Shown: positions 1 to 10,114, counted from the stretch's first letter. The stretch is DNA of 64,000 bases from an uncultured Alphaproteobacteria bacterium (GCA_949297145.1 CASFQO010000011.1:52148-116147); one strand, 5' to 3'. The notes: generated by a model not told the origin, from the letters alone. Translations and numbers: made by a program.

Positions 1-334
1 AACTTTCCAAATAGTCATTCCAAAACTTTGTCACAAGCTCTTCACAAAAGAGACGATTTTCCTCTTGTAACTGTCTGAAACGTTCATTTTCAACCTTTGC
101 TCTTGCTTGTTTTTGTTCTTGCGTTACATCCTCGTGCGTTGCTTGTTCTCGCATCGTTAATTCTTGCCAAACTTGCTCTAAATCTACTAATTCAGGGCTT
201 ACACTTCTTTGCCGTTTACATCTTTGTTGCCATTGGATTGATCCTCTACTTTTTTCGACTTCATCCAATATAACACCTATAAGTATCGCAACAATCCAGA
301 ACACTGGTAGAGAAAGAGTACATAAAACATCCAT
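1..334 (-). CDS. hypothetical protein with N-terminal TM helix and coiled coil (3' end outside window)
   Basis: Manual translation from ATG at 334: MDVLCTLSLPVFWIVAILIGVILDEVEKS..., open to the window edge; sigma70-like promoter upstream. Confidence 0.65.
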   Translation of the reverse strand, partial: MDVLCTLSLPVFWIVAILIGVILDEVEKSRGSIQWQQRCKRQRSVSPELVDLEQVWQELTMREQATHEDVTQEQKQARAKVENERFRQLQEENRLFCEELVTKFWNDYLES

Positions 335-377
335 AACATAAAAGTTTTTAAGTTCATAATAATTGTTAATTGACTTT

Positions 378-405
378 ATCTTAGCAGCGCTTCAACTTTT
401 GTCAA
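378..405 (-). promoter_or_regulatory. sigma70-like promoter TTGACA-N16-TAAGAT
   Basis: Direct reading of the minus strand about 45 nt upstream of ATG 334. Confidence 0.55.
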
Positions 406-430
406 GTTTTTTGTACCGATTTAAAAAGCA

Positions 431-457
431 AAACGCCCCTTTTTTCAAGAGGCGTTT
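431..457 (-). terminator. intrinsic terminator-like hairpin
   Basis: AAACGCC..GGCGTTT inverted repeat with A-tract on its left, downstream of ORF 527..934. Confidence 0.6.
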
Positions 458-526
458 ATACGTAATTTAATTGAGCTATCAGGCAGCTTTGCACAGATTT
501 CCGCTACTAAATACGAGTTAGGACAT

Positions 527-934
527 TCAAACCGTGAGTTTCAGCTTCTTAGTTTGTCTGTTTTGCATTTCAGGAAGAAAAAACAAAGCACTCACCCACC
601 ATATTGCAGATGGTATCAAAAGAGCTAAAAGATGTTCAAAATTGCCTACTATTCCACCGGATGGGGCAAGACAAAAGCTGATAACACTCAGCACGCTAAA
701 AATCGCCACTAAATACATAACGACCGCAAGCCCCTCAAGTTTATATGCACTCCGAAATAAATCCAGAAATTGCAGAGTAACCAGCAAAAGTCCTAGCAAC
801 ATGACCACACCCAGACTATACCATGGCAACCAAAACACATTTATACCACAGACCAAACCAACAAGCCCGACAATACATAACTGACCGATAATAAATAGAT
901 ACGGCCACCAAATTTTACTAAAAATTTTTTCCAT
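527..934 (-). CDS. hypothetical membrane protein (about 4 TM)
   Basis: 135 aa, hydrophobic helices; promoter TTGACA-N17-TACTTT at 977..1005 and terminator downstream. Confidence 0.7.
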   Translation of the reverse strand: MEKIFSKIWWPYLFIIGQLCIVGLVGLVCGINVFWLPWYSLGVVMLLGLLLVTLQFLDLFRSAYKLEGLAVVMYLVAIFSVLSVISFCLAPSGGIVGNFEHLLALLIPSAIWWVSALFFLPEMQNRQTKKLKLTV

Positions 935-1031
935 AATCCTTAAATTTAAAGTTCATAATAATCAATAACCGCCCTTAAAGTAGCTCCTAATATATCTTGT
1001 GTCAATCTTTATAATTGCCCCTCCTTGCCAC

Positions 1032-1060
1032 AAAAAAAAGGAGCCGCCGAAGCAGCCCCT
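1032..1060 (-). terminator. intrinsic terminator
   Basis: GC hairpin followed by a U8 tract on the minus strand, after ORF 1085..1654. Confidence 0.6.
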
Positions 1061-1084
1061 AAAATAGTGATGAGTTTATTACGA

Positions 1085-1654
1085 TTAGTCAAAATAAAGA
1101 TTATCGTAATAAAGAGGTGACCACTGGTTTAAGTGCATCTTTCCCCTTTCATCAAATAAAAGTTTTTTTCTACCCACCACGAGGTTGACTTTAACCAAAG
1201 TCCCTCCTCTTCCTCGTGAGCCATTGGAGCGGTAATACATCCATCCTCCATCGGCCTCACGGATGAGGTAAAAGCGGTCGTTTATCGGCATAAAAGCTCG
1301 TACATTTTCGTGCAGAACCATGCCGTGTTCGTTTATCACCTTCAGCCCGTGACCTTTCACAAGGTCATAGTCTGAAATCACCTCAATTTCTTCAGCAGAC
1401 ACGATGCGGTAGTTACCAATCTGTGTCGTTTTCTGCCCATTAAAGGCAACTAAAGTCTGCCAGTCGGGCGTATATTCAAATACCTGCCCGTCAAGCATTG
1501 AAATTTTGTTAGACTTGGTTCCGACAGCAATTTTTTCAACACCTGTCATAATTGGCGTTTTGCTGTTTTTATCAGCATAAAGATTAGAACCACGAAGAAT
1601 AACACCACTAAAAACCGGCGCAACATGTGCAGCCGATAAAACTGAATTTCTCAT
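1085..1654 (-). CDS. hypothetical beta-rich protein
   Basis: 189-aa ORF with own promoter (TTGCAT-N17-TATGGT) and terminator. Confidence 0.65.
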   Translation of the reverse strand: MRNSVLSAAHVAPVFSGVILRGSNLYADKNSKTPIMTGVEKIAVGTKSNKISMLDGQVFEYTPDWQTLVAFNGQKTTQIGNYRIVSAEEIEVISDYDLVKGHGLKVINEHGMVLHENVRAFMPINDRFYLIREADGGWMYYRSNGSRGRGGTLVKVNLVVGRKKLLFDERGKMHLNQWSPLYYDNLYFD

Positions 1655-1820
1655 AATTATAAAAAAATAAAAAAATTAAACAAATTCTTATCAAAAACTT
1701 CCTTACCATACCACATTTTTCACCCCCATGCAAGTGTTTTTTGTCAAAAAAATCATTTTAGTCAAAAAAAGAGGATTGAAACCATTCGTCTCAACCCTCA
1801 ACACCATACAAAAGTTTTAA

Positions 1821-2495
1821 TTATGCGTTCCAACCTTGCTTTTGCAGCTTAAATTGATACAACGCCCCCACGGCAATATAAGGCAAGAACATTTCACTCG
1901 ATTCTTCCAACAACTGACAAATTGCATACGTTTGCTCCGGCAGCGCCACACCGTTATGAGCTTTCCGCCAGTTAGAAGGAAATCTATCCACCCACTTTGC
2001 GCACACACCTACCGTACACAAAACGGCAATAGACCATGTCACCGGATTAAATTGGAAAAATGAACGCACTAAATGTTTAGAATATTTAACCGCCAAATAA
2101 ATCACCGCACCGGCAACAATCAGCAACACTAACCCGAAAATAATTTTCTCACTCAACGGATTATTCGGGTTCAAGAAAAATCTAGACTTAAACGGAGTTG
2201 TATCTGTTTTGGACAAGTGGTGCTGAATCCCTTGTTCGCGCAACAAAGCACACATAGATAAAAACAACAGCATCGCCCATGTTTTAATTCTATCCTGAAA
2301 ATTATCACACAACACCAACAATACCGCAATCAAAACCACATAGCCAAAGTGCGTAATATCCTCAATAACTCCGCCCTCTTCAGTAATGCTTAAAATATCA
2401 TTCGGATACAGATGATAAACACCTGCCATAAACGCCCCACATAACAGAACAAACGCAACCGGCATAAACAGAGGTGACATAAATATTTTTTTCAT
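1821..2495 (-). CDS. hypothetical multi-pass membrane protein
   Basis: 224 aa, about 6 TM helices, with intramembrane charged motifs (EGGVIE, LRE, LEESSE). Confidence 0.75.
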   Translation of the reverse strand: MKKIFMSPLFMPVAFVLLCGAFMAGVYHLYPNDILSITEEGGVIEDITHFGYVVLIAVLLVLCDNFQDRIKTWAMLLFLSMCALLREQGIQHHLSKTDTTPFKSRFFLNPNNPLSEKIIFGLVLLIVAGAVIYLAVKYSKHLVRSFFQFNPVTWSIAVLCTVGVCAKWVDRFPSNWRKAHNGVALPEQTYAICQLLEESSEMFLPYIAVGALYQFKLQKQGWNA

Positions 2496-2598
2496 ATTAA
2501 AAGTCCTAGTTCGTTAACAAATATGGGAAAATTGTAAAAACAAAAAATAATCAAGCAACAAAAAAGTCCGCGCTGTGAATAAGTAAAGATGTATAATT

Positions 2599-3180
2599 TT
2601 ACCAGCGAATTTCTGCATTTTGCTCCAGTATTCCGACAAGCCTCTTCAACACACTTTGCTCCACAAACTCCCCTTTTCTAACCCAAATTGCGCTTTCCAC
2701 CTCATCTTGCACATAAAAAGGTGAAACACGCCGATAATTTTTTTGCAACACCGCCACACTATCGGTAATCACAGCGCGTTCTCCTTCTAAATTTTGCATT
2801 TCACCATAATAAACACAATCCACCACAATCCGCGGCTTGAGCTTTTCTTTTCCGGTCATAAATAACGCATAAACCACCGCCCCACCGGCAACATAAATAT
2901 CCTCTTCCACATCAGCCATTGCCTTTTGAGAGGTAATGACGCAATGATGCGCCTCATCACTAACTTCATAATTTTCGTCTGACGTTAAAACAAAAATCCG
3001 ACATCCCTCAATCGTCCGATTAGGAAAACTCTCATACGTCACTCTGCCGCAAACAATCGTCTGTCCGGCCACCACATCCAAAAAATGCTTAGCATCGCTC
3101 GGTACATTCCAAGGAATATGTTTTCCAATTCCGATAACATCATCGCCCAAATGCCGACACCACATAGCCACAACAGTCAT
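2599..3180 (-). CDS. folA: dihydrofolate reductase
   Basis: IG..IPW..PSD.KHF, CGRVTYES and VAGGAVVY motifs. Confidence 0.85.
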   Translation of the reverse strand: MTVVAMWCRHLGDDVIGIGKHIPWNVPSDAKHFLDVVAGQTIVCGRVTYESFPNRTIEGCRIFVLTSDENYEVSDEAHHCVITSQKAMADVEEDIYVAGGAVVYALFMTGKEKLKPRIVVDCVYYGEMQNLEGERAVITDSVAVLQKNYRRVSPFYVQDEVESAIWVRKGEFVEQSVLKRLVGILEQNAEIRW

Positions 3181-3194
3181 AAAGTCTTCTCCTC

Positions 3195-3815
3195 TTATTT
3201 CAAAAATTCTTTAATCGGCGCATACGAGCGACGATGTTCCGGCGTCACCCCCAATTTTTTCAAGCCTTCAATATGCGCTTTCGTTCCGTAACCGGCATTT
3301 TTTTCAAATCCATACCCTGGATATTGCAAAGCCATTTCTTCCATCAATTTATCACGATAAACTTTTGCCAAAATAGAGGCCGCCGCAATGGAATAAGATT
3401 TAGCATCCCCCTTAATAACAGCCTTCGTCGCATATCCAAAATTCTTAGGTTCACGATTGCCATCCACCAGCACCATATCCGGTTTAATTTGCGCCGCCTC
3501 CAGAGCACGTTTCATCGCCAAAAACGAAGCATTGAGAATATTGATATCATCAATTTCCTGAGCTGACGCCTGCCCAATACCGATTTTGATGTATCCTTTT
3601 TCTGCTTCTTCTTGTAAAATCGCAAAAAGCTGTTCTCTTTTCTTTTTAGACAACTTCTTAGAATCATTCAAATTTTCTAACAGAAACGAATTAACATCTC
3701 GCCTCAGAAAAAGCGCGCATCCGGCAACCACCGGCCCGACCCAAGGCCCTCGCCCCGCTTCATCCACACCGGCAACCATACCCTTAAATTCATCTTCCAA
3801 CACAAAATCAGGCAT
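3195..3815 (-). CDS. rnhB: ribonuclease HII
   Basis: GVDEAGRGP, DSKKL, DGN, KGD..SIAAASILAKV, HRRS. Confidence 0.97.
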   Translation of the reverse strand: MPDFVLEDEFKGMVAGVDEAGRGPWVGPVVAGCALFLRRDVNSFLLENLNDSKKLSKKKREQLFAILQEEAEKGYIKIGIGQASAQEIDDINILNASFLAMKRALEAAQIKPDMVLVDGNREPKNFGYATKAVIKGDAKSYSIAAASILAKVYRDKLMEEMALQYPGYGFEKNAGYGTKAHIEGLKKLGVTPEHRRSYAPIKEFLK

Positions 3816-3880
3816 AAAAAATATCTCCTATAAAGCTATAAGAGATATTAGCAAACACTTTTGATAACACAAGGATTTTC

Positions 3881-4192
3881 TTAATTTTTAAGCACTTTTA
3901 AGCCCTCATACTCCGCTTCAATAATTCCCCCGACCACGACGGCAACATTAGGGTATCCGGCCTCTTCAAATTTTTCGGCCACTTCCGAGGCCACACCTCC
4001 CGATGTACACAAAATATTGACCACCTTATCACCTTTCGGATTATATTCAGCCATAAACTTATCCGGATTAACCTTGTCAGCACGAATAACAATATGCGGC
4101 ATAGCGAGCCTTTCGTGAGCATATTCTTCTTCGCCTCTGACATCCAGAATAATAGCTCCATTTTTTAGGCTTTCAGGTTTCACAAAACGCAT
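3881..4192 (-). CDS. rhodanese-like domain protein
   Basis: ILDVR..EEY, active-site loop CTSGGVA, GGI; start placed at ATG 4192 after GGAGGA. Confidence 0.85.
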   Translation of the reverse strand: MRFVKPESLKNGAIILDVRGEEEYAHERLAMPHIVIRADKVNPDKFMAEYNPKGDKVVNILCTSGGVASEVAEKFEEAGYPNVAVVVGGIIEAEYEGLKVLKN

Positions 4193-4337
4193 TTTCTCCT
4201 CCATCAAAAATTTTCTTAAGATATATGCGTGAAGTTTCTCCCTTAAACCTCAATTTTAGTTGAGGAATGCCCGATAATTTTTCCAAAAACAAAAAGAGCG
4301 GTTCCAATCGAACCGCCCTCATATAACACAACACCGA

Positions 4338-5120
4338 TTAGAGTGATAAAATCTTATATTCAATCCCTGTGTCATCGACATTCAAGATTTCAAGTTGAAT
4401 AGTGCCTAATGTCACATTTTTATCATACATCGGGAATTTCAAAGTTTTATTTTCTTCCACCGGCTCTCCTCTGTCATTATGAACAGTTTTATATTTAAAG
4501 ACCATTTTGTAATCTTCTATACCGGCATAACGCACTTCAAAACTGGAAACAAGATGCTCATCATCATCTTCCTGTCTGGTCCGTTCATTAACAAACTTCA
4601 GATCTTCCGGTTCAAGCTGGAAAGCCGTTTCAAGCAAAGCCAATCGGTCATTAAAGATTCTGCCGACGCGCGGATAAATATTTCCTCTATCATCCAAGAG
4701 TACCACATCGCCATAGCGATTCGGCTCAACTAAACGATAGAAATGTTCATCAATTTCCACCTCACCGATAATTTTATAAACTTTTTCATCGGAAAACTCT
4801 ACCGGAACGGTATAAGAAACCAATGCCCCTTTCTTAGTCGGTCTTACGATTTCGTCAGAATAAACTTCCTTTTCCAGCACTTTGGAAGAAACCACGATTC
4901 CGCCCGGAACGGCATGACGAACAACACCGGCTTCATAGTCACTGATTGTCTCCGTTTCTTTCGCAACAGAAGAAAACTCACCGGTATCATAATAACGAAT
5001 ATTATAAGTATAAAAGAAGTCATTAAAAGTATTTCGCTTCCCGAGAGTATAATCCCCCTTCATATAATAAGAACAGGAAGCAACAGCCAAAACAGCCAAA
5101 CCGATAAATATTTTTTTCAT
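4338..5120 (-). CDS. putative lipoprotein
   Basis: Lipoprotein signal MKKIFIGLAVLAVASC from ATG 5120. Confidence 0.75.
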   Translation of the reverse strand: MKKIFIGLAVLAVASCSYYMKGDYTLGKRNTFNDFFYTYNIRYYDTGEFSSVAKETETISDYEAGVVRHAVPGGIVVSSKVLEKEVYSDEIVRPTKKGALVSYTVPVEFSDEKVYKIIGEVEIDEHFYRLVEPNRYGDVVLLDDRGNIYPRVGRIFNDRLALLETAFQLEPEDLKFVNERTRQEDDDEHLVSSFEVRYAGIEDYKMVFKYKTVHNDRGEPVEENKTLKFPMYDKNVTLGTIQLEILNVDDTGIEYKILSL

Positions 5121-5210
5121 AATATAATCTCTTTTTAACGTTTTCCTCACTATATTTATGCATCTTGAAAACAAACTTGTAAACAAAAAAAATAGATTTG
5201 AGGTAAACCT

Positions 5211-6083
5211 ATGCATAACCTTGGAAAAAGTTGCAAATTAATCCGTTTTGCGCCCATTGCGTTCTTAGCGGAAAGAGAGTCGGAATATTTAGAAGAAACA
5301 TTTGACGTTGTAGCCATCAATTACACCGATGACGGCAAAGAAGAATATGTCTGCTACGCCCCGTTAGAATTTGATGTAAATAGCTTAAAGAAAGACATCA
5401 TCGAACAAAATCTGAACCTTCCGCCCTATCAAGAAGAAATTTTGGAAAGCAAAAATTGGCTTAAAGAAAACGTCATCAAATTTGCCCCCTTTGAAATAGG
5501 CGCTTTTATGATATACGGCATACACGAAGCCTCCTGCCCCCAAACACAAAAGATACCGGTCCAAGTTTACGCGGCCACGGCCTTCGGTTCAGAGCATCAA
5601 ACGACCAAAATGTGCCTAACGGCAATTTCAGAACTTCACGAAACCTTCCCCCAACCGCATAAAATATTGGATATGGGAACAGGATCTGGGATTCTCTCCA
5701 TTGCCGCCGCCAAAATCTGGAATAAGGAAGTGCATATTTTAGCCGCCGACATTGATGATGAAGCCGTAGATGTCACAAATAACAACGCCGTCACCAACAA
5801 CGTTGAAGATTGTATGAAAGCAATTTTAAGCGACGGTTATAACAATCCTCAGATACAACAAACCTCCCCTTTTGATATGATTTTTGCAAACATTTTAGCC
5901 AATCCCTTAAAAGAAATGGCAAAATCCGCCTACAAAGATTTAAATAAAGGAGGCTGTTACTTAATTTCGGGATTTATTGACAATCAGGAGAACGATATTA
6001 TAGAACATCATAAGCAAGTTGGCTTTAAGGTCATAAAAACATATCAAATGGAAAATTGGCGCGCCGCATTATTACAAAAATAA
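5211..6083 (+). CDS. prmA: 50S ribosomal protein L11 methyltransferase
   Basis: AFG.EHQTT, LDMGTGSGILSIAAAK, DID, ANILA, SG motifs. Confidence 0.9.
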   Translation: MHNLGKSCKLIRFAPIAFLAERESEYLEETFDVVAINYTDDGKEEYVCYAPLEFDVNSLKKDIIEQNLNLPPYQEEILESKNWLKENVIKFAPFEIGAFMIYGIHEASCPQTQKIPVQVYAATAFGSEHQTTKMCLTAISELHETFPQPHKILDMGTGSGILSIAAAKIWNKEVHILAADIDDEAVDVTNNNAVTNNVEDCMKAILSDGYNNPQIQQTSPFDMIFANILANPLKEMAKSAYKDLNKGGCYLISGFIDNQENDIIEHHKQVGFKVIKTYQMENWRAALLQK

Positions 6084-6119
6084 TTTCTGCCCGATATTTC
6101 CCTTAAGAAAGGAGTAGCC

Positions 6120-7796
6120 ATGGATATAAAAAGCGTACAAAAAGAATTGAAAACAGCCAAACTAACCGGCCGAATTTTCACCTTAGGTAACATGTTCATC
6201 AACGAAGACATTTTACCCGAAGAAAACAGGATTCTGGAGCTGACAAAATTTAGTGGTTCGTACGCTTTATTATTCATCACCCAATCAAAAGCCTATTTGT
6301 TTGTAGACGGACGCTATGAACTGCAAGCCAAAAAAGAAGTCAATTTAAGACAAATTGAAATCGTAAAATTATCTGAAATAAGTTTCTTCGAGTGGCTAAA
6401 AAACAACTATGCCAAAACCAAAGCAAGCATCAGCTATAACCCTTGGGTTATCAGTCAGAGCGCTCTGGATAATCTGCAAAGACTGCTACCATTGGCACAG
6501 TTTGTACCGATAGAAAACCCACCGAAACTCTTGAGTACACAAAAAATAAAAGTTTTCACTCATTTGAAAAAATTTACCGGACATGTTTCCAAAGATAAAA
6601 TCGCTTCTTTTGCCACGCACATAAAAAAGTTAGGCTTAGATGCATATTTGGTAACCGATGCTTCAAACAGCTCCTGGCTCTTAAATTTGCGTTCGAATGC
6701 CTTGCCCTATACCCCCATATTCAGAGCTTTCGTGTTAGTAGAAAAAAGCGGAGCATACAAAGTATTTGCCGAACATTGTGATTATGACCAAGCCCTCGGT
6801 TTTGATAAATTGCAAGAAATATTGCCGCAATATAACAAACTCGGTGCAGACTTTAATACCTCTCCGGCAATTATCAAATCTTTCAATCCGGAATTAAAAA
6901 ACATTCCGGACGAAATAACCGCGCTCAAAGCCGTCAAAAATGCCGTTGAGCTCAAAGGAGTCAGAAACGCACATCTAAGAGATGGCGTCGCCCTCACTAA
7001 ATTTATGTATTGGCTCTCCAAAAATTACAAAGGCAAAACAGAAATAGACGTCGCAGAAAAACTGTTATCTTTCCGCAAAAAAGAGCTTAATTTTCATTCA
7101 GAAAGTTTTGCAACCATAGCCGGAAGCGGCTCAAATGCAGCCATTGTCCATTATCATGCGACCGCACAAAGCAATGCCGTATTAAAAAAGAATTCGGTTT
7201 TATTGATAGACAGCGGCGGCCAATATTTAGACGGCACCACAGATGTAACCCGTACTCTTGCCATTGGCGAACCATCTGCGGATATGATAGAAAAAAATAC
7301 GCTTGTTTTAAAAGCCCATATCGCTCTGGCCAGCGCAGAATTTCCGCAAAAGACATCCGGCGATGAGTTAGATTTAATTGCCCGCCAACCTTTATACAAA
7401 AAAGGGCTTGATTATGAACATGGCACCGGACACGGTGTCGGTTTCTTCTCCAATGTACATGAAGGTCCGGCGCGCATTTCCATCCATGCCAAAAGAAGTG
7501 CCGAGTATAAAGCCGGCATGATAACTTCTATTGAACCCGGCTATTACAAAGAAAATGCGTTCGGCATCCGTATAGAAAATCTTTATATGGTTAAACCGAG
7601 CAAAAACCCGAAATTTTTACATTTTGAGGTTTTAACCCTCGCGCCTATTGATAAAAACTTAATCAACAAAAGCCTCTTAACGGCAGAGGAAATCAATTGG
7701 CTCAATCGCTACCACCGCCAAGTATTCTTGAGCTTAAAGAAATATCTGACCCGCCAAGAATTAGAGTGGTTAAGATTTGCCTGCGCCCCACTTTAA
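6120..7796 (+). CDS. Xaa-Pro aminopeptidase (M24B, aminopeptidase P family)
   Basis: DSGGQY.DGTTDVTRT, HGTGHGVG..VHEGP, EPGYY, GIRIEN. Confidence 0.95.
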   Translation: MDIKSVQKELKTAKLTGRIFTLGNMFINEDILPEENRILELTKFSGSYALLFITQSKAYLFVDGRYELQAKKEVNLRQIEIVKLSEISFFEWLKNNYAKTKASISYNPWVISQSALDNLQRLLPLAQFVPIENPPKLLSTQKIKVFTHLKKFTGHVSKDKIASFATHIKKLGLDAYLVTDASNSSWLLNLRSNALPYTPIFRAFVLVEKSGAYKVFAEHCDYDQALGFDKLQEILPQYNKLGADFNTSPAIIKSFNPELKNIPDEITALKAVKNAVELKGVRNAHLRDGVALTKFMYWLSKNYKGKTEIDVAEKLLSFRKKELNFHSESFATIAGSGSNAAIVHYHATAQSNAVLKKNSVLLIDSGGQYLDGTTDVTRTLAIGEPSADMIEKNTLVLKAHIALASAEFPQKTSGDELDLIARQPLYKKGLDYEHGTGHGVGFFSNVHEGPARISIHAKRSAEYKAGMITSIEPGYYKENAFGIRIENLYMVKPSKNPKFLHFEVLTLAPIDKNLINKSLLTAEEINWLNRYHRQVFLSLKKYLTRQELEWLRFACAPL

Positions 7797-7797
7797 A

Positions 7798-7879
7798 AGA
7801 GAAACAATCACCTATATATCCGATAGAACATTAAAGGAGAGAAACAATCACCTATATATCCGATAGAACATTAAAGGAG
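7798..7879 (+). repeat. tandem duplication of a 40-bp unit containing the RBS
   Basis: GAAACAATCACCTATATATCCGATAGAACATTAAAGGAG starts at 7801 and again at 7841. Confidence 0.95.
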
Positions 7880-7884
7880 GGAAA

Positions 7885-8361
7885 ATGCATTCCAAAATAA
7901 TCGCCTGTTTCATCGGATTAATGGTCTTCTGCATAAGTTGGAATTTTGCCAATATCTCAGCCTTATTTCAAACCGCAAAAGCAGAAGATGCTCCGACGCT
8001 TGAAAATTTATATATCAATCCGGAAGGAAAGACCAAACCTGAAGCGATTATTTTTTATAATTCCGCCAACTTTACGCCCAGAATTAATCAAGCCATATCT
8101 CTCATTATCACTATTTTAACCGCCCGTTACGTCAAAAAAATGCATGCCTATCTTATAAACATAGAGCAACATCCGGAATTCATCTCCGCCTTTAATCTAT
8201 CAGAACCTCTAACCTTAGTTCTCATTCGCATATCGGATGGAGCAGCCTTTGGCTATGAAAGAATAACCGATTTAACCGATGGAATAGATGATATTCCATC
8301 CTACACGCAAATGCTCACCGAAAAAATAGACAATTTTTTATCAATTCAAGCCGAAAATTAG
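7885..8361 (+). CDS. exported thioredoxin-fold-like protein lacking CxxC
   Basis: N-terminal hydrophobic segment; IIFY...INIEQHPEF...PLTLVLI pattern; strong SD. Confidence 0.55.
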   Translation: MHSKIIACFIGLMVFCISWNFANISALFQTAKAEDAPTLENLYINPEGKTKPEAIIFYNSANFTPRINQAISLIITILTARYVKKMHAYLINIEQHPEFISAFNLSEPLTLVLIRISDGAAFGYERITDLTDGIDDIPSYTQMLTEKIDNFLSIQAEN

Positions 8362-8453
8362 GAATTTGCTAAGTATCCGTCGTTTAATATAACAAATATA
8401 TTTACAGCCCACAGCTTTTTGTGCTATACTGATAAAAAAGCAAGGAGAGAATA

Positions 8454-9092
8454 ATGAACAAAATTTCAAATTGGTTAAAATCTTTGAGCACCAAAGAAGA
8501 ACTGTATATAAAACCACAAAAGTTCATTGATGCAAAAAGAAGCCAAATAGAAGTCAATTTCATCCACCCCGGACATCCTTTGTACGACAACATCGTCTCA
8601 AAGGAAGAAAATAAATTGCACATTCTTGCGCCCAATGAAACAGCTTATAGTGAAAACAGCTTGATACACAATTTTGTAGCCATCATCACATATAATGAGC
8701 AAAATTATCTGATTATAAACTCGTTTAAGCACTTCAAAGAACAAAGCATTGGCGGTCTACTGCAATATGATGAGAACATATATAACATCATCCCGTTTTT
8801 TGAAAACGAAGAAGAATATGAAACAGCAAGCGATTACACTTTCAAAGAGACCTATGAGTATGACCATCCGGTAGAAAGTTACGCTTTGTATGCCGAAGAA
8901 AAGAATAAAAAAACAAAGATTGTCTTAGAACGCGGTAAAAAGCCCATCACTGTTAAGATGATAGATGAAGAACGCGAGTTATTTACTGAAAAACTAACCC
9001 AACAACAAATAGAGTTAATTGATTACATCATAATTCCGGCCTTAAATGCCTACACAGAAATACTCAATCGCAAAAAGATAAAAGTATCATAA
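8454..9092 (+). CDS. hypothetical protein
   Basis: 212-aa ORF with SD AAGGAG and terminator. Confidence 0.75.
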   Translation: MNKISNWLKSLSTKEELYIKPQKFIDAKRSQIEVNFIHPGHPLYDNIVSKEENKLHILAPNETAYSENSLIHNFVAIITYNEQNYLIINSFKHFKEQSIGGLLQYDENIYNIIPFFENEEEYETASDYTFKETYEYDHPVESYALYAEEKNKKTKIVLERGKKPITVKMIDEERELFTEKLTQQQIELIDYIIIPALNAYTEILNRKKIKVS

Positions 9093-9128
9093 AAAAACGG
9101 CAGTCCCATAAGAGGCTGCCGTTCGTTT
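9091..9128. terminator. bidirectional terminator
   Basis: AACGGCAG..CTGCCGTT between convergent genes. Confidence 0.7.
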
Positions 9129-10114
9129 CAAATCAAAATCGGATCATTACACCCATCTTCAGCAACAACACTGTCACCATCAGGTGTCCAAAATCTGAGT
9201 TCTTTACCATAAGTCACATGCAGCCATCCATTGTCTTTCAAACGAATAACCACACGCTCATCATTTTCCGTTCCGGCAAACAAGAGACACTGCTTTAGGT
9301 TTTGAGCATCATAGATAGTCAGATGATAAATTTTATCTCGCAACACTTTGCCTTTTGCCGAAAAGAGTTTCCACTCATCATTTTCGTTTAAAAGATACAT
9401 ACCGTTACGAAAGAGAGCCAAGCCCAAAACATTTTGCGCCTGTAATTGCAATTTATCACTATACAACGCCATCTGCTCTCCCAAAGCAACTTCAACCAGT
9501 ATACAACCGGCATCATGCTCTTTAATACTAAGCTGAGCATCAGAAACAACAAATCTGCCGTCAAATAACGGAAACCAAGAACGCACGCTAGGAAGTTCTG
9601 CATTCACCGCTCCCAATGTTTCATGTCTTAGTTGCAAAACAACCCCTTCAGGCTCCATAAAAGCAATCACAAAATAATCACGACCACTATTTCTAAAAAG
9701 CCTTAAATTATTTGTAAAACATTTCGTTATAAACAGCAGTTTGTCTCCATCGTCAGAAAATTGATACAAATGCCACTCGCGTTCAGCCGTTTTCACAGCC
9801 AACAAATGCTCATCACATACATCAACTTTTTCCCCCGTCAGCACAACTTGCCCATCCGGCTGTAATAAAGACCAAAACTCGGAAGACACCGACTTTTGCA
9901 AACGATATCCGTTCTGAAAAACAAAGACATCATCCAAAAGCACTTCCAATTGATAGCCATGTGCGTCATATAAAGTCACACCGTCTAACAATCGCAGAGC
10001 AAACGAACCATTATGAAATTTTCGCGCACCAAAGCAAAAGCCATAGTTCACCAATCGGTCACAACAAATGACCTCATGCGGTTCCAAAAAACTTTTAACA
10101 AATTTTGTCTCCAT
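9128..10114 (-). CDS. hypothetical beta-repeat protein, paralog A
   Basis: 328 aa; collinear similarity to 10266..11264. Confidence 0.75.
   Translation of the reverse strand: METKFVKSFLEPHEVICCDRLVNYGFCFGARKFHNGSFALRLLDGVTLYDAHGYQLEVLLDDVFVFQNGYRLQKSVSSEFWSLLQPDGQVVLTGEKVDVCDEHLLAVKTAEREWHLYQFSDDGDKLLFITKCFTNNLRLFRNSGRDYFVIAFMEPEGVVLQLRHETLGAVNAELPSVRSWFPLFDGRFVVSDAQLSIKEHDAGCILVEVALGEQMALYSDKLQLQAQNVLGLALFRNGMYLLNENDEWKLFSAKGKVLRDKIYHLTIYDAQNLKQCLLFAGTENDERVVIRLKDNGWLHVTYGKELRFWTPDGDSVVAEDGCNDPILI

Noticed and set aside
7798-7879. 40-bp repeat as a mini-CRISPR
   Set aside because: The copies abut with no spacer.
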